The translations under genes and the position numbers were made by a program. A DNA stretch of 34,846 bases, taken from NCBI GenBank assembly GCA_038207085.1, contig JBBRAE010000029.1:1-34846 (forward strand). The letters are read 5' to 3'. The notes below the pieces were generated by a model. It was not told the origin of the DNA. It worked only from the letters and a program-made list of their open reading frames with translations, and made no database searches. Source of the DNA: Armatimonadota bacterium. Its GTDB lineage: Bacteria > Armatimonadota > UBA5829 > DTLH01. Shown here piece by piece: positions 27,027 through 34,846 of this stretch. Position 1 is the stretch's first letter. Each line of letters starts with the position of its first letter.

Positions 27027-27249
27027 TGAGCAGACAGGCCTGTGATGGCCCGACCAAAGTCCAGATCACAGGCATCGACCATCTTTCTCACGGTGAAAAC
27101 TTACCGCTAGATCGGTTCCGAAGCCGTACTTAACCATTGATACCTAGATCAAAACACTGAGCAATACAAAGAAGGTGCGGTTGACTGGTAATCGAGGAAC
27201 AGAATAGGGATGCCGACAGTTCTTGCCCGCAACCAAAGCTTAATATCTC

Positions 27250-27278
27250 TTGACAGTCCAGCGGATGAGTTATACCAT
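27250..27278 (+). promoter_or_regulatory. Sigma70-type promoter
   Basis: TTGACA-N17-TACCAT, 30 nt before ATG 27309. Confidence 0.6.
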
Positions 27279-27308
27279 AGGACTTGCAGACGAACCGGAG
27301 GAGATGGA

Positions 27309-27857
27309 ATGCATCAGGAAGTGGTAATGGCCGGCACCGGCGGACAGGGGATTATGGTAATGGGTCAGCTATTGGCTCATGCGGCGCTTGTTGAGGACAA
27401 GAACGTGTTGTGGTTCCCGTCCTATGGCCCCGAGTCCCGTGGAGGGACCGCTGACTGCACGGTGATCATCTCGACCGACGAGATCGGCTCCCCCATAGTC
27501 GACGCTCCGGACTCCCTGATCGCGCTCAACCAGCCGCTTCTCGACAAGTTCGCCCCAAGCGTCAGGCCCGGCGGCGTAATCGTCGTCAACTCGTCGCTCG
27601 CCGTCCCTCCCGAATCCCGAAGCGACTGCAAAATCGTCTCCGTCCCGGCAAACGACATCGCAAGCGAGCTCGGCAATGCCAGAGTCGTAAACATGGTAAT
27701 GCTTGGCGCGTTCGTCCAAGCTGCAAACCCAGTAAAGCTCGAAGCCGTCATCAAAGCGCTCTTCGACGTCCTCCCCAAGCACCGCCACGACCTGCTCCCT
27801 CTAAACGAGCGAGCCCTAAGACGCGGCGCGGAACTTCTGGCGACGGCGTTCTCCTAG
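27309..27857 (+). CDS. 2-oxoacid:acceptor oxidoreductase gamma subunit (PorC/KorC-type)
   Basis: AGTGGQG, PSYGPESRGGTA, IGSP, NMVMLGA, LNERALRRG. GGAGG RBS. Confidence 0.9.
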   Translation: MHQEVVMAGTGGQGIMVMGQLLAHAALVEDKNVLWFPSYGPESRGGTADCTVIISTDEIGSPIVDAPDSLIALNQPLLDKFAPSVRPGGVIVVNSSLAVPPESRSDCKIVSVPANDIASELGNARVVNMVMLGAFVQAANPVKLEAVIKALFDVLPKHRHDLLPLNERALRRGAELLATAFS

Positions 27858-28657
27858 CGACTACCCAGCTTATACTCCGAAAGCGCAAGAGTCGTCGCCG
27901 TCTCCATCTTGAGCACTGCGACATCATCCTCGCCTTCCGGGCGCACCCGTAGCGAGCTCACGGAGACTTCTTTCACCATCCCGACCTTGGGATAATAGTA
28001 AGAGGTGACCTCGATGTTCCCCGAAACGATCTCCAGCCGGTTCTCCCCCTGCAGCAGGTAACCCTCGACCCCGTCCGGGCTCGTGCTGACGACCTTCAGG
28101 CACCCTTTGAACGTCCCTGCGGGCACACTAACATCTTCATAGCCAACCGCCTCGCTGTAGGGTCGGATGCTGAAGCCTTCCTTGTAGCTCACTCGCCCCG
28201 CGCGCCAGCCTGTTCCCGGCGCACACGGCAGGCGCATCTCAAGGTAACACGTGCCCACGTCGACGCTCGAATCCTCCCCGTCGTCCCAGGCCATGTTGGA
28301 ATCGACCCAGATCCCCCCCGGCGTCGCCCGACACGTCTCCAAGCCAAAGGTGCTCGATGACTCCACCTTGCCCGACTCCGAGTAGGTAGTCTTGACCGAG
28401 CGGTTCGAGAGCGCCATAAAGACAGTCTTGCCATCCCCTTTGCTCGCCGCGACGATCTCGGTCTTCTCCGTGCCAACGCCTCGGTTCGACATCCGAACCG
28501 GCGTCCCTTCAAAGTTCATCGATGACTGCTCGAACACCTTGTAGACGCTCTTGTCACCCTTGGCGGGCTCCATCTCAGCAAACCCGAAGCTCCCCGCGCG
28601 CAAACCCCCAGCGCAGGCAAACACCAACAATGCAGATATCAACGAAAAACGCTTCAT
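27854..28657 (-). CDS. Secreted beta-rich hypothetical protein (DUF3108/TapB-like)
   Basis: Signal peptide MKRFSLISALLVFACAGG; EDVSVPAGTFKGCLKV...YYYPKVGMVKE motif. Confidence 0.65.
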   Translation of the reverse strand: MKRFSLISALLVFACAGGLRAGSFGFAEMEPAKGDKSVYKVFEQSSMNFEGTPVRMSNRGVGTEKTEIVAASKGDGKTVFMALSNRSVKTTYSESGKVESSSTFGLETCRATPGGIWVDSNMAWDDGEDSSVDVGTCYLEMRLPCAPGTGWRAGRVSYKEGFSIRPYSEAVGYEDVSVPAGTFKGCLKVVSTSPDGVEGYLLQGENRLEIVSGNIEVTSYYYPKVGMVKEVSVSSLRVRPEGEDDVAVLKMETATTLALSEYKLGSR

Positions 28658-28898
28658 AGCAACTCCAGTCGCAAATATGGGTAAGACGAACAAGCTCAAG
28701 GCAACTCTGCCCTCTGAACTTATGATAGCATTCGGCCTACACAAACACAACTATAGTGGGTATAACAGATGTGGTGAATGTGAAAGGGGATTTCGGTAGC
28801 CTACGTCGGTCCAAACCACATTTTGCGCATCGTGAGCGTCTACCCAAACGACCCCTGCTTCTTTGACGGTTTTGACGTTTGGGATATGGGCATCATCA

Positions 28899-29036
28899 TT
28901 ACCGAGCCGCAATCCTGCCCCTGCTCCTGTTGTAGAGCGCCACATCAAACCCCATAAGTGACAAATGCCCGGCCATAGCGGTCCCACCATGCCCCGCGCC
29001 AAGCACCGCGAACTTCGGATAATCAAACACCGACAT
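28899..29036 (-). pseudogene. N-terminal fragment of an NAD(P)-dependent opine (octopine/nopaline) dehydrogenase-like gene
   Basis: AAGGAG RBS; MSVFDYPKFAVLGAGHGGTAMAGHLSLMGFDVALYNRS (Rossmann GxGxxG), stop after 45 aa, no recognisable continuation. Confidence 0.65.
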
Positions 29037-29228
29037 AGGTCTCGACTCCTTTCCCCTGCTGTAGAAATAACGTCTTCGCCTGCCCGTGCATTTCAGTTTA
29101 TATACAGCTTCTGACGGCTGAGGGAAGACCATCATTCCCCCAAAACGGCATATTGGGCGAGAGTGGCGCGTCACAAACCTGGCCGCGGGAAGAACTGCGA
29201 AAGCCTGGGTGGATGTCCGTTCTTTGAA

Positions 29229-29373
29229 TGGAGCGCACGTTTCGAGAGCCTCAACGTGATTGGTTTTGGGTTGATCTGTAATTGGAAGATTGGTGGGCGC
29301 GGTACGATCTCTCACATTTCACCCAACCCAAACCCCTCACCCTGAGGCTCTCGAAGGGTGAGCTCCACAAATC
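29229..29373 (-). mobile_element. 145-bp palindromic MITE/REPIN-like element, copy 2 (inverted)
   Basis: Reverse complement of 21414-21558 with six mismatches. The ORF track shows the same peptide MRDRTAPTNLPITDQPKTNHVEALETCAP at both sites. Confidence 0.8.
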
Positions 29374-29416
29374 TATCAACGTGCAACGTCAAATGGCAGC
29401 TACTCCAACCTCAAAA

Positions 29417-30457
29417 CTAACCCTTCTTAGGCGAATGCCCCTTACCCGCAGCAACGGTTCGCCCAACCGACATAATCCTGGCCGCAAGACAAGGCGCGCA
29501 CTTTTCAGGCTCTTCGTTGATGCAGCGCTTGTTCGGATATATTTCGTAATCGACGCGATAAGCAAGCGGCGTATGGTTCGGCATCACCACGTTCGCCCCG
29601 GCTTTGAGCGCCATCTCCCGCCCATACTCATCGATCGACCCCGTAGCGGTCGTCGCCGGAATTAGCGCGTTTCGCGTGACGATCCGAGCGAGCGCGACCA
29701 TCCTGAGCGTCATCTCAAGCGACCCCTGCGCCGCATCGCCAAGCGGCGTGTTCGGGTGCGGAATAAACGGCCCGATCCCCGCCATATCGACATCAAGTTC
29801 TTTCAAGAGCATAATGTCGCTCGCCATGTCATCGATGGTCTGCCCCGGAATCCCGACCATGCACCCCGCGCCCACCTGGAACCCCAGGCGTTTGAGCTCC
29901 CACAGGCACCCCAGACGCGCTTCAAGCGTCGAATCAGGGTGGATCTTCGCGAAAAGCTCGGGGTTAGACGTCTCGTGGCGCAATAGATACCGGTCCGCCC
30001 CGGCATCTTTCCACAACGCATAATGCGAGTGCGGCCGCTCCCCAAGGCTCAAAGTAATAGCGATATCGACCGACGACTTGATCCGCCGAACAATATCCGC
30101 CATCACTTCAGCCGTATAAAACGGGTCCTCACCGGACTGGAGAACGATCGTCCCGATGCCGAGATCGCCGAGGTGTTTTGCCTGCTCGACCATCTCGTCC
30201 GGCGTCATCCGGTATCTGTGCACGTCCCTGTTGGAGCGCTGCAGCCCGCAGTAGAGGCAGTCGTTCTTGCACGTGTTCGAGAACTCAAGAAGCCCCCTGA
30301 TATGCACCCCGTCCCCGCAATACTTCTCGCGAACGGCGTTCCCCGCATCAAGGAGACGACCAGAGTCGTCTCCCTCAAGCGAAAGCAGAAAAACCACTTC
30401 CTCACGGGTCAAATCCCCGGTCTCTATGCACTTATTTAGAAGGCTGGTAAGGTTCAT
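29417..30457 (-). CDS. hydE: [FeFe]-hydrogenase maturase HydE (radical SAM)
   Basis: IRGLLEFSNTCKNDCLYCGL, VLQSGED, ADRYLLRHET, GIGPFIPHPNTP, PATTA, GANVVMPN, YEIYPNK, C-terminal Cys cluster. Adjacent to hydG. Confidence 0.9.
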   Translation of the reverse strand: MNLTSLLNKCIETGDLTREEVVFLLSLEGDDSGRLLDAGNAVREKYCGDGVHIRGLLEFSNTCKNDCLYCGLQRSNRDVHRYRMTPDEMVEQAKHLGDLGIGTIVLQSGEDPFYTAEVMADIVRRIKSSVDIAITLSLGERPHSHYALWKDAGADRYLLRHETSNPELFAKIHPDSTLEARLGCLWELKRLGFQVGAGCMVGIPGQTIDDMASDIMLLKELDVDMAGIGPFIPHPNTPLGDAAQGSLEMTLRMVALARIVTRNALIPATTATGSIDEYGREMALKAGANVVMPNHTPLAYRVDYEIYPNKRCINEEPEKCAPCLAARIMSVGRTVAAGKGHSPKKG

Positions 30458-30466
30458 AGTCTTGCC

Positions 30467-31876
30467 CTAGATATACACATCCCGCTCGCCCTGCTCTATT
30501 CGCGCAAGCAGCTCGACCGTCTTTTCCCGCAGGTTCGGCCCAAGGTCCGACAGGCACTCGGAAAGCACGCGCTCGCCCTGCTCGCGGGTCTCACCCTCTG
30601 CGTAGTCGATCAGATACTCCTTGAGCGACAACAGCGCGTTCGGCCCGCACATGTGATGAATATCCCCGTGCTTGGCAAGCCCCATAAACCGCTCACCCGT
30701 GCGCCCCGTCCTGTAGCACGCGGTGCAAAAGCTCGGTATAAAGTTATCCTTGCACAACTGGCACATAACTTCCGAGAGTGTCCGCTCGTCCCCAATAGAA
30801 AACTGCTCGGTCTCGGGCATGTGCGCCTTTGCGTCGTGATATCCACCCGGCGATGTTCGCGACCCCGCGCTGACCTGCGATATCCCGAGGTTGATAAGCT
30901 CGTTTCTAAACTCCGCGCGCTCGCGGGTCGAGAGAATGATCCCCGTGTACGGCACCGCAAGCCGAAGTGTCGAGACGATGCGCCTCATGTCGTCGTCGCT
31001 CACCGCGTGCGGTGGATTGTTCGCCGCCGGTGCGTTCAGCGCAGGCTCAAGCCTCGGCACTGAGATCGTGTGCGGCCCGATTCCGAACGTCTGGTCAAGG
31101 AACTGCGAGTGCATCAGCGTCGCCATCACCTCAAACTTGTAATCGGTCAAACCAAAGAGCGCCCCGATCCCCACATCGTCAATCCCCGCCTGAATCGCCC
31201 GCGACGGCGCATGAAGCCGCCACAGATAGTCCTTCTTGGGCCCTGAAGGGTGCATATTGGCATAGGTTTCGACGTGATAGGTCTCCTGGAAGCACTGATA
31301 CGTCCCGATCCCCGTAGCGTGGAGCCTCTTGAAGTCGTCGACCGAAAGCGGCGCGCAGTTGACGTTAACCCGCCTGATGCTCGCATTTCCGACCTTCACA
31401 CCGTAGACATCCGCGACGGCCTGCTCTATATACGCGATCCCGCTCTTGGTCGGATGCTCCCCTGCGACCAGAAGCACACGCTTGTGCCCCTCATCAAGGA
31501 GAATCCTGACCTCGCGCTCGATCTCTTCTGTCGAGAGCACTCGGCGCACGAGCCCGGTGTTGTCTTTCCTGAACCCACAGTAGAGGCAGTTATTTGCACA
31601 GACGTTGCTTACATAAAGCGGCGCGAAAAACACCATCCGCCGCCCATAAATCGTATCTTTCACATAAAGCGCGGCGTCATAGATTGCCTGGACGACCTCA
31701 GGGTCGCTCGCCTGCAGGAGCACGGCAAGCTCATCGAGCTCAAGCCCCTTGCACTCCCTCGCCTTTGCGACGACCTCCAGCCCCCGCTCTTTCCCCGCCG
31801 CCTTTCCAGCCTCAAGCAGCGAGAGCACCTTCGCCTCGTCAACAAACCCAACTCGTTCATCCACTACTACATTCAT
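30467..31876 (-). CDS. hydG: [FeFe]-hydrogenase maturase HydG (radical SAM)
   Basis: FAPLYVSNVCANNCLYC, FQETYH, GPHTISVPR, C-terminal CTAC-x22-C auxiliary cluster motif (distinguishes it from ThiH), GERDVYI end. GGAGG RBS before 31876. Confidence 0.93.
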   Translation of the reverse strand: MNVVVDERVGFVDEAKVLSLLEAGKAAGKERGLEVVAKARECKGLELDELAVLLQASDPEVVQAIYDAALYVKDTIYGRRMVFFAPLYVSNVCANNCLYCGFRKDNTGLVRRVLSTEEIEREVRILLDEGHKRVLLVAGEHPTKSGIAYIEQAVADVYGVKVGNASIRRVNVNCAPLSVDDFKRLHATGIGTYQCFQETYHVETYANMHPSGPKKDYLWRLHAPSRAIQAGIDDVGIGALFGLTDYKFEVMATLMHSQFLDQTFGIGPHTISVPRLEPALNAPAANNPPHAVSDDDMRRIVSTLRLAVPYTGIILSTRERAEFRNELINLGISQVSAGSRTSPGGYHDAKAHMPETEQFSIGDERTLSEVMCQLCKDNFIPSFCTACYRTGRTGERFMGLAKHGDIHHMCGPNALLSLKEYLIDYAEGETREQGERVLSECLSDLGPNLREKTVELLARIEQGERDVYI

Positions 31877-31946
31877 AAGTCTTCCTCCAAACAACAGCCT
31901 CTTCCATATTCATGTAACCGTGACGAGGGGCTATTGAAACATTACA

Positions 31947-31995
31947 TCGTGAAAATCTGCACAACTATTCTACAACTATGCCCAGCGGCACGCAA
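31947..31995 (-). promoter_or_regulatory. hydG promoter with Rex-like operator
   Basis: Minus-strand TTGCGT (31990-31995)-N17-TAGAAT (31967-31972), then TCGTGAAAATCTGCACAA (31947-31964), 12/14 match to TTGTGAA-N4-TTCACAA. Confidence 0.6.
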
Positions 31996-32126
31996 GCGAG
32001 TGTTGGTAAAAAAATAGTCGTTGGGGCAGAAGGTAATCGCCTGCCTGTTGGTGAAGAATCTATTACCATGTTGGGAATATACATGGCAAAGGGTTGATTG
32101 TCCTATCGAGAAAGGGAGTGATGGGG

Positions 32127-32654
32127 ATGTCGATCCTTGGGCATTTCCGGAAGTCGAACGAGGCTTGCGGGTGTCGCTGGACCAAGGTACTGCACAGCAT
32201 GGAGATGTTGTTGGTAAGGGAGAGATCCAACGACCTCGGCCGGGACCGCGATCTTGACTGGGAGTATGAGCACATAAAAGAGTGTGCCAGGATCGCCAAA
32301 GTCCTTGCTGTGCACAGGAGGCTCGACCCCGAGCTTGCCGCGTGCGCCGTCATAGTGCAGAACATTGGCCGGATACTTAAGGGCCGTTCCGACAACCACG
32401 CCGAGTCCGGCTACCTGCCGGCAAAGCAGTTGTTCACCACACTGCGATGTTTCACGCAGAAGGAGATCGATCTGCTCTGCACCGCTGTTCGAAATCACAG
32501 CAAGAAAGAGCGAATCGACGGTCCCCTGGACGAGCTAGCCAAGGATGCGGACATCTACGTGCGCTACCTGAAAGGCTCAGAGCTTGTGCGTCCGTACGAT
32601 CTCCGCCGCTTGAAAGCAGTGCAAGCCGACCTGCTAAAGCCGGTAAAAAAGTAG
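32127..32654 (+). CDS. HD-fold protein with degenerate HD motif
   Basis: WEYEHIKECARIAKVLA..R.LDPELAACAVIVQNIGR...NHAESG...AVRNHS...ELAKDAD. Confidence 0.75.
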   Translation: MSILGHFRKSNEACGCRWTKVLHSMEMLLVRERSNDLGRDRDLDWEYEHIKECARIAKVLAVHRRLDPELAACAVIVQNIGRILKGRSDNHAESGYLPAKQLFTTLRCFTQKEIDLLCTAVRNHSKKERIDGPLDELAKDADIYVRYLKGSELVRPYDLRRLKAVQADLLKPVKK

Positions 32655-32675
32655 GGCGAACCAATGTGTCCGCCC
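32651..32675 (+). repeat. Single GTAG-type REP
   Basis: GTAGGGCGAACCAATGTGTCCGCCC, similar to 14646-14671. Confidence 0.65.
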
Positions 32676-32738
32676 GATCTCCGACTAGAGAGAAGGCGGC
32701 AGCGGGAGTGTCTCCCCGTTCTGCCGCGCGAACGCGCG

Positions 32739-33158
32739 TCAAGCCGCCTTCTGCATCATCTTTTCTCTTAAGAACGCCCCAAACACCGCGTCGGTCTGTG
32801 CGATGTGATCCACAAGCCACTTTCCGATGCTCCGCTGCATATTGAGGACAAGTAGTGTAGACTTCCCCTCCCGCTCAAGCTGCTTGACGGAAAGTTCGAA
32901 CTCTTTGATGAACCGCTTGTGCTGAGCTATATGCACGGGTGCGCTTCGATAGTCATACTTGCCCATCAAGAGCTCTTCGGTCCCAAAGTGATGGACCACA
33001 TAGTCTCCCAAGAACTTGATCGTCTTGGTGAGCTCATCTGCCCCTTTGCCTTCTCTCATCGCCCCAAGCAGGCTATCGAGCGCTTGGAACAGTTCTTTGT
33101 GCTGGTCATCGATCACTTCGATGCCTGTAGCCAGTCTTTCCGACCATTGCGTTGCCAT
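32739..33158 (-). CDS. Bacteriohemerythrin
   Basis: WSERLATGIEVIDDQHKELF...HFGTEELLM...HIAQH...WLVDHIAQTD. AGGAG RBS before ATG 33158. Confidence 0.93.
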   Translation of the reverse strand: MATQWSERLATGIEVIDDQHKELFQALDSLLGAMREGKGADELTKTIKFLGDYVVHHFGTEELLMGKYDYRSAPVHIAQHKRFIKEFELSVKQLEREGKSTLLVLNMQRSIGKWLVDHIAQTDAVFGAFLREKMMQKAA

Positions 33159-33334
33159 TGAGCACACTCCTATATAGACCAGATACTTGCTGTTGATCAT
33201 ATTATCGGTAGATAGAGTGTTTCACTAAAGTCCTGCGTAGAACAGTCGGCCTCCAGATACCGGTCAATCCAACCGATACCAATAATGAATGGCAGCCCGC
33301 AATTGTACTAGCCCGCTCTATCTCCCTATAAGGC

Positions 33335-34306
33335 ATGAAAACCATGTCGATTCGAAAGAAGACGCTGCTCGCGATCTTCGCCACTCTTGTGGTGCTGATC
33401 GGGGTGCTGTTTGCAACGTCCCAACTGGTCATAATGAGCAGCTTTGACGCCTTGGAGCGGGAGGATGCCGCCAAGAACACCGAGCGGTCCAGGAGCGCCT
33501 TCCATGAGGTTCTAAACGGGATGTCGACAAAGACTGCGGACTGGTCGGCTTGGGACGATACCTACGCGTTTGCCAGCGACCATAACCGGGACTATGTGGA
33601 GTCCAACCTGCTGGTTTCTTCGTTCGCGGCAATGAAGCTGAATTTTGTCGTAATCATGGACCGCAGCGGCAAGATGGTCTACGGCCAGGCCTACGACATC
33701 GAATCCAACCGTATGGTGAAGCTCCCGGGCGACCTTGGCAAGCACCTTTCGCCGGACAGCAAACTTCTCAGCCACAAGTCGACAGACAGCAGCGTTGAGG
33801 GTTTGGTGATGCTCCGCGAGGGTCCGGCTATGATAGTCTCTCAGCCCATCGTGAAGAGCACCGGAGACGGCCCGATCCGCGGATCTATCCTTTTTGGACG
33901 TTTCCTCGACTCTGAAGAGACCAAGCGGCTCTCCCAAGTCACCCACCTCTCGCTCACGACCTACGCGGCAGGCAACACGTCCCTCCCCCCCGACTGCGCC
34001 GACGCGTTCAAGTCGATCAAGGCCAAAGAGGTGCGCACCAGTCCCAGAAGCGAGAACTCGATCGCCGGTTACGCGCTTCTAAGCGACATCTACGGCAAAC
34101 CCGCGGTGCTCGTAAAGGCTGAAATGCCCCGAGACATCCACAGCCACGGTGTTCAGTCCGTCAACTACCTGATCACAGCCTTCCTGATCGCCGCGACCAT
34201 CTTTGCGGTGGTGATGATACTTCTCCTGGACAAACTGGTCCTCACCCCGCTTGCCAAACTGAACAAGCTGGCAAGCTACACGATGCACGAGTTGGGGCTG
34301 CAGTAA
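33335..34306 (+). CDS. CHASE4 sensor-domain membrane protein without cytoplasmic output domain
   Basis: TM1, DWSAWDDTYAF, PIVKSTGDGPIRGSILFGRFLD, TM2, then VLTPLAKL (start of a HAMP) and a stop shortly after. Confidence 0.82.
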   Translation: MKTMSIRKKTLLAIFATLVVLIGVLFATSQLVIMSSFDALEREDAAKNTERSRSAFHEVLNGMSTKTADWSAWDDTYAFASDHNRDYVESNLLVSSFAAMKLNFVVIMDRSGKMVYGQAYDIESNRMVKLPGDLGKHLSPDSKLLSHKSTDSSVEGLVMLREGPAMIVSQPIVKSTGDGPIRGSILFGRFLDSEETKRLSQVTHLSLTTYAAGNTSLPPDCADAFKSIKAKEVRTSPRSENSIAGYALLSDIYGKPAVLVKAEMPRDIHSHGVQSVNYLITAFLIAATIFAVVMILLLDKLVLTPLAKLNKLASYTMHELGLQ

Positions 34307-34705
34307 GAATATGCCTTGCAGTCCCCAGCGCACCAGTTGCATGTCAGGCGGCGTACTCCTTCCACCGTCCGAGCCGCCGCCCCCACCACCCTAAAAGCGT
34401 AGCAACGAGCCCTGCCACGATTGCTGTACAGAACTGACTGCACCCGTCCTGATAGATGTTTCTGTATCACTGGCTGCTCATACTCTCTTGTCGCTTCATT
34501 CCCTCCAGCCGTCGAAAGTTGCTGCGGGAACTTGACCGGATTATCCCATCACAGGGCAAAGCCCAGCGTTCCCGCACCATACAAACACGAAGGGAGTGTC
34601 CGGCTGGGGCGGGCTCGAGTCAACATTGCCGGGATAATAGTATCAGGTCTGGCTATTCTGTATCTGCGGTTCGGTGTTGGCAGCGCCGACGAGGAGATCT
34701 AGCCC

Positions 34706-34846
34706 CAATACGGTTCATATTAGCACTTTTTGTGCCATCCTATATATAGCAGTATCGTTGGAGGTATATGAGGATGGCTCGAACAGCAAGTAAAATGCCT
34801 GGCGGGGCAAGGATAGCTGATTATGTCAATTTGGGCGTGATTGCAA
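34706..34846 (+). mobile_element. Left end of an IS4-family insertion sequence
   Basis: CAATACGGTTCATATTAG (34706-34723) resembles IS4-group terminal repeats and precedes a transposase-like start. Confidence 0.65.
34774..34846 (+). CDS. IS4-family transposase, N-terminus only (runs off window)
   Basis: GGAGGT RBS; MARTASKMPGGARIADYVNLGVIA resembles IS4-group transposase N-termini as I recall them. Only 24 codons visible. Confidence 0.65.
   Translation, partial: MARTASKMPGGARIADYVNLGVIA

Noticed and set aside
30467..31876. ThiH / biotin synthase assignment for the radical SAM pair
   Set aside because: The C-terminal CxxC-x22-C motif and adjacency support HydG and HydE.
33200..33280. Divergent sigma28-like -10 boxes (ACCGATAA on minus, ACCGATAC on plus)
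   Set aside because: The -35 elements do not match TAAA well; too weak to call.
1..34846. CRISPR array, tRNA or rRNA genes
   Set aside because: No regularly spaced direct repeats or tRNA/rRNA signatures seen by eye; the repeats present are dispersed palindromes.

Overview
GC-rich bacterial window, probably Armatimonadota or a similar lineage (inferred from the H-X9-DG prepilin-type protein and the C-terminal module of the giant secreted protein). From left to right: a prepilin-type/H-X9-DG gene cut by the window edge and absent from the ORF track; an unusual complex I operon, nuoA-E-F-H-J-K-L-M-N, lacking nuoB/C/D/G/I, in which nuoH has no canonical start for its first helix and nuoN reads in frame into a BCP peroxiredoxin; a Phd/YefM-RelE toxin-antitoxin pair; an NHL lipoprotein; a nonsense-disrupted ureidoglycolate-lyase-like gene; a membrane protein / alpha-2-macroglobulin / VanW operon without pbpC; a small lmo0937-like membrane protein and a very acidic protein, each behind a SigB-like promoter; a 1523-aa modular secreted beta-helix protein; an orphan 2-oxoacid oxidoreductase gamma subunit; an opine dehydrogenase fragment; hydG-hydE behind a Rex-like operator; a degenerate HD protein; bacteriohemerythrin; an output-less CHASE4 sensor; and the left end of an IS4-family element. 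Intergenic spaces carry a modular family of palindromic repeats (telomere-like heptamer arms, a TGAGAGATTGTACC core, CTGAG..TCGAAG hairpins, GTAG REPs, and a 145-bp element present twice in inverted orientation); several of them contain the stop codon of the upstream gene. All calls come from reading the sequence by eye; no database searches were run.
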